Shown in pieces: positions 53,200 to 64,000 of a stretch of 64,000 nucleotides of DNA; positions within the stretch are counted from its first letter, which is position 1, and each line of letters opens with the position of its first letter. The stretch lies in the NCBI RefSeq assembly GCF_018977255.1, contig NW_024704745.1, positions 49,662,001-49,726,000 of the forward strand. Direction: 5' to 3'. Below the pieces are notes generated by a model, which saw only the letters and a program-made list of their open reading frames with translations, had not been told where the DNA came from and did no database searches. This DNA is from Callorhinchus milii (Eukaryota). The position numbers were made by a program, and so were the translations under genes.

Positions 53200-53790
53200 C
53201 TTTCAGGCTGGAAAGAGATTTTAATCAGAATTGCACTGAACTCTTGCAATTCTGTCCTGTAAAATTAGCTATTTTTAATATGCAGTGAGACTCGAACAAT
53301 ATTGTGTACAAGCGTATGGAAAGATAAATCTTCCACATTTGCAGATGCGATTCAATACAGAAAGAAAATGTGAAGTTGTGCACTTTGAAAGTAAGAATAG
53401 GGAAGAAGCAGTAAAATACACCTTAAATGGTAATATGTTATACGGAGCAGAGGAGCAAAGCGACCTTGGAATGCAGATAAAGGAGTCATTAAATGAGGCA
53501 GCCCAGGCAGATAAAGCCATAAAAAGTCAAATGGAATCCTTGGTTTTATATTCAGAGGCATGAAATATAAAAACAAGAAGCTAATGCTGAACTTGCAAAG
53601 CACCTTAGTTAGACCATAGATTCACTGGGATGTTACCAAGAAGAAGCGGTTTTGGTTATGAAATGTTTGGGTTTTTTTCTCTGGAGCTTAGAGTGTTAAC
53701 AGCTGAAATCTTCTAGATTAGAAAGGCAAGGATAAAACAGCAATTGATTATTTCCAATGCTTGCTTAGTCAGTAATGGGAAGGCACACAT
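53200..53790 (+). mobile_element. Old CR1 fragment
   Basis: ORF 53285..53563 (QMRFNTERKCEVVHF, DLGMQI). Confidence 0.7.
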
Positions 53791-56714
53791 TGAATTAAAT
53801 GTGTGGTTGGACCCAGGTTTAGATTCTGCCCAGACTGATGGGATCTACCTCTCCCCTGCTTGTTGGTTGTGTAAAGTTCCAATGTAAAATTTACTGGGAA
53901 TTCTGTTCAGAGAAGCCACGAGGTGTGACATCTGGTGTGGAAAATTGAAAATGTCAGTATGCAGAATATTGAGGTTCATACTGAGGAGAGTTTCATTTTG
54001 CATATAACTCATGTTATAATAAAATCAATATCCTTGCATTCGATATTACACCTTTTACAATGGGAAGATGTCTCAAAGTGCTTCATAGGATTTACTGTGA
54101 AGTGTAGTGACTGGGCACCTTTCAGGTGAAATCTTAAGCCGGACTTGAGGCTGCTTTGACGCTCACACTGGGTACTGAATTGAGATAATGTTCCATTTCC
54201 CACTGCTGCATCTCTCACCTTGATAAACACAAGATTCAGTATGAAGAAACAAAGGAAGCCCTCCCATGTCCAAACCTGATGAAATCTGTGGTGACAGACA
54301 GTAAGGCTCCTCAGGGACTGCAAATTCCAATATGACAGGGCTGAGAGTGAGTAATTTGAGCACTCTGTGACTAAAATAGCTCTTGTGTTTTTACACTCAG
54401 TGACCATTCTTGTTGCTTTTTCTTTACTGGACAATTACCATGTGGCCAGGCCAATAACTGACAATGCAGGTGGCTTAGCAACCGATTAAGCATCACACAA
54501 ACCGGTTCTGTGTCCGCTGCAATATTTGTATTTCTGCCCACTTTCACTCCAAATGCACATTTTTCATTCCCACTGGCTGCCTTTCAGGTTTTAGTTCAGC
54601 TGCCTTATAAACTACAGCCTGTTGTTGCTGTGCCAGAGTCTGTAGTTCTGAGCATCCAGCCGTAGTTATTAATCTTGAGCAGTTGGACTAACTGCAAATG
54701 CCAGCAGTTTTTTAGAAAGTGCTCATTAGAGTGAGTGTTGACAATGCAGTCAGGCTAAACATCATAAACAGCAGCTGTGCCAGTGTCAGATAGTACCTAG
54801 TAGTGGCTTTGTCACCCCTAAATCGATGATCATATTAAACAGTATTCTGCTCTGACAGACCAAAAGCTTTCTGATTGTTGCTCCCCTAACTCTATATTGT
54901 TCAATGACTTGTCTGAGGATCAGTACTAATCTGTCCTAACTACACAGCAAGTCTGTACCAGAGAGCTCTTTAGATTGAATGATATGACAGGCTCATTTAC
55001 TAATGGTCTACCCAATTATAAAAAAGAAACTGAGCCCGACCTTATGTCAGAGAGACACTGCCCTAAGTGATTACATGTAACCAATCATTCTCCAGATCCT
55101 CTGGTATCTTTTGGTGAAATAAAATTACTCTCTTTAACTTCACTCAACTTTCCCTCATCCTCATTTTTCTTTTTGCTATTTTTTGTGCAGTTATTTTTGT
55201 GTGATGTTTTATTCACATTTCCTGCAATAAGATGCACAATTCATTTATTGTGCTTTCAAGTCTTCCCTGACTGTCTTGTCTCTGTTACTTTATTGTCACT
55301 TGCTTGTTTGGTTTTGTATTATATTAATTAAGTGTGGCATGTGTGCAGCTTTAAGAGCCTTTCAAACACTGGATTCTATTCTCAAATCCCAGACTCCACT
55401 TCCACCCCCATTGTGCAGAGTTTCTGCTGCAAACCTGAGCTTCACGAGTTGCCCTGTATTCAAATATATACATACTGACAGGTTAATATGATTTGATATG
55501 ACTTCCAGCGCATTGTAAAACCAAAGCTACTTCTTATTTTCAGAGGTGGCTGGGGTGGAATGGCTACTCACGGTGTTAGTGAATCAAGGACTGACCTACA
55601 TCGCCCTCCCCCATCCCATCACAACATGGAAAAAACATTTTCAGAGATTTCAGTGGGATGACAGTCTCTTCTATTGTACTTTCAAGATAAACAAGATTGT
55701 AAGCTTCCTACCGCATCAATGTACCTTTTGTGATGTGGCCCACAACCAGCACCATCTGGCCAACTAGCTCCAGTGAGGCTATTAACCACAAACTGCTGTT
55801 CCCTCCAAGGCACCCGGACACAGCAATCACTCGAAAATGACGTACTGCTGTCTTACATGCACTGTTTGCTAATGCTAGTGAATATTTTATTTTGCACTTA
55901 TTATTAAGAACAAGAAACTGCACAACTTATGCTATGCTAATATTAGTGCTTGGATCAGTTGACTTAGCGAATAGGGTGTGTTGACACCTTATTGTCTTTA
56001 TTCTGGCACTTAAATGGATTTTCACCCATAATGAAGTACAGTCCGAGAGGAAAAGTATAGGAGCAAAATCTGCAATCTTTTAAGCATTCTTTGTCTTAAT
56101 TTATGTTGGCAAAAAGGATCAGTTGAATTGAGCAGTTTTTTTGTTTTGCAAATTGTAGCCCCGAGAATGATGTTTTCTTGGCTTAATGTTTAATTTTTAG
56201 AGCAGAGATGACACTCCCATTCTCCTCTGCCAAAGGTTATGCTTTTACCAATCATCAGGCCTGAGCTCATGAGGAGTGTGCTACCACCTACATGTAATTC
56301 TTGCTAGTATCAAATAACACAGGGAATGTTTAAAAGAAATCACAAACTTTACCCTGTAGAGTGAAGCTCACTGTAGTTTTAATAAACATTTGCTCTGTTA
56401 CTCCATTCTCAGCACTTACATTTCATCAGTGGTTTCTTAATTGATCAAACAAAACATCCACCAATTGTCTTTAAATGTTTAAGTGAATGTCTCAGAGACA
56501 AGTGGCACAAGAGCAGCCTTTATATTTTATTTAATTGGTCCTGAGTTTCCAAGATTCCCCCCTCTCCCCCTGAGAATATTTCACTTGTACAGTTGTATTT
56601 AGCAGGAGTATTTTGTTGCCATCTAACATGACTTGCTACAAAGAATCAAAGGCCTGAGAAGCAATATCAATGTCTATGCAGTGTGTTCACCAGCTACATC
56701 ACAAAGAAGGCTTT

Positions 56715-57055
56715 TCAGTGTTGAGAGAAAGCAACTCTTAGGAGATCTTGTAGAGGTGTATATAATTTAAATGGGATTGAAAAAGTAAACCCAGAACAAT
56801 ACTTTGGGATGTACCACATCAGTAGAATTGGTTTAGAATTGCAAAGGACAATTTCAGGACAGACACCAGGAAGTGTTTCGGCACTCAGAGGGTGATTTAT
56901 GACTGAAACAGGTTGCCAGGGTGGTTGAGGCCAGGGCACTGGATGCATTTAAAAAGCTGTTTGATGCTGTGATAGGAAGATAGGAGGTGGGTGGTCTGAA
57001 GTGATGAGATCAGATGGGCTGAAAGGCTTTCTTCATCCAAATCAATCTTGTGATC
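56715..57055 (+). mobile_element. Old CR1 3' fragment
   Basis: ggagatcttgtagaggtgtatataatt (GDL.EVY.I), actcagagggtg and gatgggctgaaaggc 3' UTR. Confidence 0.6.
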
Positions 57056-57601
57056 TCGTGAACATAGTATAGCATATTTAATATGATCATTTAGAAACTG
57101 AAATGGGTATTTGTCAGAATATAAATAATTTCCTGATGAAAAAACATTGGTTGGCAAACTAGGCATCCAACATCAGAGGCCTGACATTTCTCATTGCCTT
57201 AAATCGTAAGACTCTGCAGAAGCTTAGAAAATTCTTAAATGCAGTCTCTATTTTGAAACTGTTTTTTCATAGTTCTTTTTAAGAAATCAGAAAAAATGGC
57301 TTCTATATTAAAACTGAATGTAAGGATTTTCTAAAATGCACCATGTTGAATTTTGATGCAATGTTTTTAAGGCTAGGAACCATGAGAATTTCAGGCCTCT
57401 GAAATCTAGTAATCTACCATTTGGGCAGTATCTCTCTCCTACTTAACTCAAATATCCCAATTCACACTGATTTATACCTTAGGGTGAAAAATGGATCATT
57501 AATTTAAGCAGTTATCATTGTACTTTGTCCGAACATGACTTGCAAGCGATTGATTATCAGGAATCTGTGGATGTGGGACAGTATATCCAGAGAGTACTTA
57601 C

Positions 57602-57775
57602 TGTCATCATTCCATCCAACAGTCCTGATTCAGGTTTGGGTGGTGCCTGCAGGCGTTCCATTGACCATTTATCAATGACAGATGCAATGTGTGGATTGTC
57701 AATGTTCAGGAGACGAAACCCTGTCATATTGACCCCACTATACCGATAGGGCTCCAGGTTCAGTGCAAACAGATC
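57602..57775 (-). CDS. GRIK1: GluK1 kainate receptor exon, amino-terminal domain ([58 protein letters not shown])
   Basis: Hand translation; not in the ORF track in this frame. TAG acceptor, GTAAGT donor, 174 nt, phase 0/0; closely matches recalled GluK1 ATD sequence. Confidence 0.95.
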
Positions 57776-60374
57776 CTAGCAGGCAGAAAGCAAAAGGAGA
57801 GAAATTTCAATCAACACCACATAAGTAATAGCATAAAAACTATTGTACGTTTTCAGCTGAGATAGCTGAAAAATAGCTTTGGGATTGCAACTCTTTCCAT
57901 TTTTAAAAAATCAGATTTTTGAGCAAATCTTGAAATTTCGGTTACAAACTAAAAATTTGAAAGTGGAGGAAGTTGTGAACATCTTTGCAAACGTTGCAAG
58001 TTAGAACTCACTAATCAGTACTTACAATGAGATTCTATATCACTGAAAATATCCTTTTTCCTTTTTTTTCTGGGTGAAGTAGTGTTGGATTGAGGTCAGT
58101 TGTGGGGAATGGAACATTTTCCATGTTCTTGTACTTAGCACTCACATCTCAGAGGCAGTCAGCATTAAATACAGACTAAAGCTCCCTCGACACCACCACT
58201 AAGTGTGCTTTATGGAAGCATCTTTAGTTGTACCAGTGTGATTATGCCCACTTTGCACAGTAACCATCCTCAGAGCCTTGTAGACTGTGGCTGTCAATTT
58301 TGTGACAGATTATGAGCAATTTATGAGCAATTGTGAACTGTGGACTCACACTGGGGTGAAGCTAACCTGAACTCATTTCACTTAGCAATCTTGCTACTGC
58401 CAAAAAGGGCTGGCTTAAAATCCAAGTTCCAGAAATAAAAGGAAGTACTTCAACACTCTGTGACTTACAATCTATTTTTTATACTGCAGAGAGCACCAAA
58501 ATTCAGTTTGTGGGCATTTTAATAGTTAAGAACTCCACAGAACTGCAAAAACATTCAGTAATTTACATAAAATCCTACAACATTTTTCTTTTTTAGCAGA
58601 GATGTTGTTGTGATCTTCAAAAAGTTAACCATACATCAATTGCACTGGTGTCAACCTTCACCAGCGACTGCCAAAAGCTAAAGAAACAACAAGCAGTGAT
58701 ATGACAAGAAGAATGAAAAACACGAGGTATGTTTTAATTTTCATATATTCTGAAAGGACTGCAGGTTAGTTATTATTTTCAGGGAGGTTTGGTTGACCTT
58801 CCAGCCGATTTATTGTTGGGCCTGAGTTGATGATCAGAAGGGTATCAGTATATCAGCCTAATAGGTTTACGAGCAGAATCTGTAATATATCATCACCACA
58901 TAGCAGTGTGCACACTGGGGCTACAGCATAACTGCATTTTGTGTAGTATCTAATACAAAGCACCAGTAAGTTAATGGTATTTTAAGGGAAACTAACAAAG
59001 CAAAGACATCTCAAACTTCCAAATGCAGTATTCTTATAGGAGGGCCATTAATTTCATTTTGTTGAAAATGAACTGACAAACATCGAATACAAACTAGTTT
59101 GTAACTGATGGTTTACAGCATTACCAACAGAAAATGCATGGCAGATATTTGTGGGACCCAATATTGAACATAGGCTTGTGTGTGCCTTGCAATAGATACA
59201 TCAGGGCTAGTAAGGAACTGTTTTGTCTGCGGAGCCCCAGGTGGATCATTGCGTGCAAATGCTGTGAATTCTACAAGCCAGGGCAGTGAGGAGATCATTC
59301 CAGCTGAAGTCACTGGTGTTTTTGTCTCAGCAGCTGGGCGTCTGACACTTGCGAAAAACAATCACCATCCTTAAAAGTATCCAAAGTAAACTGAGGTTTC
59401 CATGTATCCCACATACACATGGAAATCCCAGAGATAGATTGTTGGAATGGAATGTGCACTCTGTCCCTGGAGGGACACATCCTGCTTACATAATTCTGGA
59501 AAGTATTAAGCGCAGGTTGGCAAGAGCCAAGGCTTGGGGATCCCAGAGTGTGCGTTGGGGTACTGCTGGAGTCTAACCAACTAAACCTACATAGCTTGTC
59601 ATTGATATTGTTGTCTGGCAAGCTTTCCCACTGCTTGATCAGCTAGGACCACCATAACTATTAGGGCTTTGGCTTACAGGGTTAACAGGAGCTGAGTGGT
59701 ATGATTCCCTGCCCCAGTGACTGGTCTGCCCTTCCAGGTCCTGCTGATGAGCCAGGTTGGCTGTGCTGTCATCAGCAGTGCCTTGGTGTCTGGTACAGGA
59801 GTGAGGAAAATGAAGAGAATAATTTGTTGTGGTTTGTCGTCTTTATTAATTCAGGAGACAGTATTCATCACTGATATGTGGGTACATGTGAGAGACAGAG
59901 AGACAAACAGTTATAAGAGAAGACAAAATTCTGTCTCAGGGCCTACTTGTTAAATAATGTAATATTTATTGCAACAACAAAAATAACTTGCATTTATATA
60001 GAGCCCCTCACGCAGTATAGCTTTCCAGAGTTCTTGACAGTGACAGAGCACAATGCCTAACCGGGGGTAGGGAGAGGTGACCGTAGGCACAGTTGAAGAG
60101 GAAGGTCTTCATGCAAGACTTGAACATGAGGAAGGAAGGGGCAAGGCAGAGAGATAGAGGAAGAGTGTTCCAGAGTTTGGGGGAATAGTGGCGTAAATAC
60201 AGTCTGAGGCAGGCAATGTGCCGAAAGTGGAGGAAGGCAGTTCTGGTTAGGGACCGGATATGGGGAAGGAAGGACAGCTGTCTAGGTTGCGCACTGGTTC
60301 GGTAAGTCTGAGGGATAGGCCTGGGAGGTTGAGGAGGTCAGAACCGCAGGATAGAAGACATTGATAGGAGCCAA

Positions 60375-60690
60375 TGGAGTCCTGTAGCTCAGTAGTTAGA
60401 GCACTCGCTTTGCAAGTGAGAGACCTGAGTTCAATTCCAGGCAGGGCGAAACCTTGGGCAAGTTTCCTTACTCCACACGCCTAATAATAATCCCTCCAAA
60501 ACCAAAAACAATAATAAATTGGTCATTTTCAATCTACGACTGTTTGTGGGACATTGCTGTGCGCAATTGGCTGCCGCGTTCGCCCACAAATATACAGTCA
60601 ATTCACTTTACAGTGTGTTCTGTAAAGCGCTTTGGGACGTCCTCCCGACGTGAAAAGCGCTATATCAAATGCAAGGATTATTATTATTAT
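60375..60690 (+). mobile_element. Young full-length SINE inside old L2
   Basis: Near-identical to the reverse complement of 16270-16596. Confidence 0.93.
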
Positions 60691-62100
60691 AATGAGTATG
60701 GCTTCCGTCTTGTCAACATTTAGTTGTAAGTTTTCACTCATCCAGACCCTGATGTCCACCAGATAACTTGAGAGAACATCATTGGACCTGGAGTCACAGC
60801 TGGAGGAGAAGAATTAGAGCTGTGTGTCATCCGCATACATGTGGAAGTTTCCGGATGACATCGCCAAGAAGGAGGATATAGATGAGGAAGAGAAGGGGGC
60901 CAAGGATGGAGCTCTGAGGTATGACACAGGTGACTGGGAAAGGAGGCAGAGGGAGCTCTGGTCACAGAGAGAGAGAGAGGTCATTTGTCACCTTGGCAAG
61001 CACCACCTCTGTGCTGTGGGCAGGGTGAAAACCAGACAGGAGGGGGTCGAGGAGGGAGTGGAGGCAGAGGTGTGAGCAAAGCTGGTTAGCAACAACATGT
61101 TCCAGAGCTTTGGCAGGAAGAGCAGGTTGCAAATGAGACAGTCATTTGTGAGGTTGGAGGGGACAAGAATGGTCTTTTTTGAGAAGGGGATGACAACGGT
61201 TTTAAGGGGGAACAGGAACAGAACTTGAGGAGAGCGACTGGTTGACTGTGTCAGCCAGCAGCAGGGAGAGGAGGGGGGGTTGGGGGACCAGCAACTGGAG
61301 GGAGTCTAGACAGCAGGTGGTGGGCTTCATCTGGGAGATGGTGGTTGAGTGTGAGGTGGAAGTAATCGGGGCAGAGGAGTGACAGACGGGAGAGTGGTAG
61401 GAGCCGTGGTGGAAGAAGGGGGTGGTGAAGATGGTCTGGGTGTAGAAGGGGACATAGGGGAGGAGGATGCAGCCAAGCAGGTATTTTCAACTTTTGACAC
61501 GAAGACGTCTAGGACCTCTTCGACTTGGCATTTGAAGTGAGGACAGAGGCAATTTAGGGGGGTGCACAGAGGAGATGATGGATGGTGGAGAACAGTGCTT
61601 TTTGCTCCAAAATCGTTTTGGGGTGCGAGAGGAAGAGGCAGTAGTTGCAGAGATCCTCGAGCCAGAGTTGGTGGTAAATTGTGAGGCCGGATTTGTGCCA
61701 TCTGTGCTCGAGCATCCGGATTTTAGTTTTGAGGGAGTGGAGGTGACTGTTATACCAGGGGAAAGGGTAGATTTGGAGACAGACCTGGATTTCAGGGGGG
61801 CAAGGGAGTTGAGGGTTACAGAGAGGCCATCATCTCACAGCTTGACCATTGCTTCTGGATCTCTGTGAGTGGAAGTCCAGAGGGAGAAGAGATCTAAGGA
61901 AGAGGTACTCGGTGGAAGCTATTTCCAAGGTTGTAAAAAGATGGTGGAGGGCTTGGAAGAGGGGAGGCAGATGTGGGAGGAGATGAGGAAATGGCCTTGT
62001 CAGTGATGGGCAGATCGGAGATGACAAGGCCGTGAGTGATAACAAGGTCGAGGGGATGGTCATGGTTGTGGGTCGGGGAGTTTTTGTGGAGGGTAAGGTT

Positions 62101-62954
62101 TAATAATAATAATCCTTGCATTTGATATAGTGCTTTTCACATCTTCTAGATGTCTCAAAGCAACAACAACAACAACAACAAGATTCCATTTATAAAGCGC
62201 CTTTCACGTCAGGAGGACGTCCCAAGGCGCTGCACAGTTGGGTCATGACCCGAGCTGGGGGGAAATGGTCAGGGTGAGGGAAGGGAGGGAGCAAGGAGGG
62301 GGAAATGGTCAGGGTGAGGGGAGGGAAGGGAGGGAGCGAGGAGGGGGAAGAGAGTCGAGAGGGGAGCTGAAGGCACGGTCAAAGAGAAAGGTTTTGAGAC
62401 CGGCCTTGAAGGAGGAAAGGGAGGAAGCGGCGAAGGCACTGGGGGATGGAGTTCCAGAGCCTGGGGGCTGAGAGGCTGAAGGCCCGACCACCGATGGTAG
62501 GGCGGTTGGGGCGGGGGACGTGGAGCAGACCAGAGCCAGAGGAACGGAGGGTACGGGCAGGTAGGTAGGGGGATAGTAGGTTGGAGAGGTAGGAGGGAGC
62601 AAGGCCGTGAATGGCCTTGTAGGTGAGGATGAGGATCTTGAATTCGATCCTCTGGGGGATGGGAAGCCAGTGGAGGCGAGCGAGGGTGGGAGTGATGTGG
62701 TCCCGAAGCCTGGTGCGGGACAGTACACGAGCTGCAGAGTTCTGAATGACCTGCAGCTTGTGGAGGGAGGTGGCGGGAAGGCCGGCGAGGAGAGAGTTCC
62801 CATAGTCCAGCCTTGAGGTGACAAAGGCGTGGACCAGAGTTTCAGCAGCGTGAGGGGTGAGGTAGTGCCGTAGTCAAAGCAGTTCACAGAATATACTGTA
62901 AAGTGAATTGACTATATTTGTGGGCGAAATGCGGCAGCCAATTGCGCACAGCAG
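62101..62954 (-). mobile_element. 5'-truncated SINE split by a young L2 (SINE parts 62101-62162 and 62874-62954)
   Basis: The two parts join into a continuous SINE tail; gttta duplicated at the outer ends. Confidence 0.85.
62161..62873 (-). mobile_element. Young L2 3' fragment
   Basis: tcaaagca TSD at 62155-62162 and 62874-62881; (caa)n tail; L2 ORF2 C-terminus. Confidence 0.93.
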
Positions 62955-63390
62955 TTTAGTGTGGAGGAGGGATGTGAAGTCAGAGAAGATAGGGTGAGGG
63001 GAGTTCAGGTGAAGGTTGAAATCACCGATTATGATAAGGAATTCAGTGCAGAGGCCAGAGGGATGGGAGGAGGGGGGAGATGTCAGGGATGAAAGAACCA
63101 AGCGTTTTGAGAGGACAATAAATGATGAGGGTTTTGAAGGAGAGGAAGGGATGGTACCGGGTTAAGTGTTCAAAAGAGGGGAAGGAGCTGGAGGAATATG
63201 GGGATAGAGTGAGGGAAGTTTGGGAGATGAGGGCCACCTTGCCGCAAAGTTGGTTGGGGCTGGGGGATGTAGTGAAAGATGTAGGCGGGAGTGGGGAAGC
63301 TTAGAGATTGAGGGATCAGTGTTGGGGTATCCCTAATACTGTCTCTGCCCACATTTATGCTTATGAGAAGGTAATAATTATTGGTGTGCA

Positions 63391-63425
63391 AGAGAGAGAG
63401 AGAGATTATGGAGAGAGAGAGAGAA
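63391..63425. repeat. Interrupted (GA)n microsatellite
   Basis: Two GA runs separated by ttatg. Confidence 0.8.
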
Positions 63426-64000
63426 TTGAGTGGGATCAGAATTCTGTCTCTTGAACTACCAGTCCAGTAGAGAGGATATTGATTATCAATGTGTAAGCAA
63501 AAGGGAGAGAGTTAGTTGAACGCTCAGAGGGAGAGTTTATCTCTGTTCCCACTACAGAGAGGTTAGCTGTGTAAATCTCTTCAGCATTTTATATTGCAAG
63601 AACAGTCTCATGAAAAACACCTCTGAAATGAGTTCATCAGAATTATAATAGAATATTGTCTCTGAGGTAATAAATCAAAGCTGGGCTCCTTCATTTCTAA
63701 AGTCTGGCTCAAATAAAAAATGAGTCAGTTATATACTCATCACAAAGGAAGTGACATCAATAGTACTCCTTGTGCATAATATGCACATATAGCGTGCAGG
63801 AAGCAATGTCAGTGGCGATCTGATGGCGCGGAAGTAGCCTTTTTTATAACTTACTTATAGGATTTTGGGAGGTCCTCCTGATGTGAAAGGCACTAAATAA
63901 ATGCAATTTGTTGTTATGATCTAACCTCTGAACTATTGGACCCAGAGGACCACATTATAATAAGATTCCCTTGTACTTCCTGGGGTCTGTCCTGTAAAAG

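Larger units (their letters stand above)
59973..63345 (-). mobile_element. Old long L2 LINE relic (endonuclease to tail) hosting younger insertions
   Basis: IIGDFNLH, HNHDHPLDLVIT and MYADD (tgtgtcatccgcatacat) motifs; (caa)n tail near 59973. Confidence 0.85.

Overview
Vertebrate genomic DNA, very likely a cartilaginous fish (chimaera/elephant-shark-like, inferred only from the repeat families). The whole window lies inside one minus-strand gene, the kainate receptor GRIK1 (GluK1/GluR5). Ten constitutive coding exons (57775 down to 2804; 1782 nt, 594 codons, splice phases all compatible) run from the amino-terminal domain through S1, M1-M3, S2 and M4. The first exons are not in the window and I could not identify a final C-terminal exon. 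Three of these exons are not in the ORF track in their coding frame. RNA-level features read from the sequence: the genomic CAG (Q) at the Q/R site; a two-helix editing-complementary sequence (ECS) about 1.87 kb into the next intron, surrounded by six UGCAUG motifs; a candidate 42-nt cassette exon at the position of the GluK1-1 insert; and a GC-AG intron. Introns contain tRNA-derived Deu-domain SINEs, L2 and CR1 LINE fragments (some nested, with TSDs), a Penelope GIY-YIG fragment with a decayed hammerhead ribozyme, AmnSINE2-like relics and Tc1/mariner-type MITEs. I found no evidence of a wholly new biological system. The best leads are the RNA-processing layer of this gene and its unusual ligand-pocket residues. 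Family names and mammalian reference sequences are recalled from memory, not from a search.
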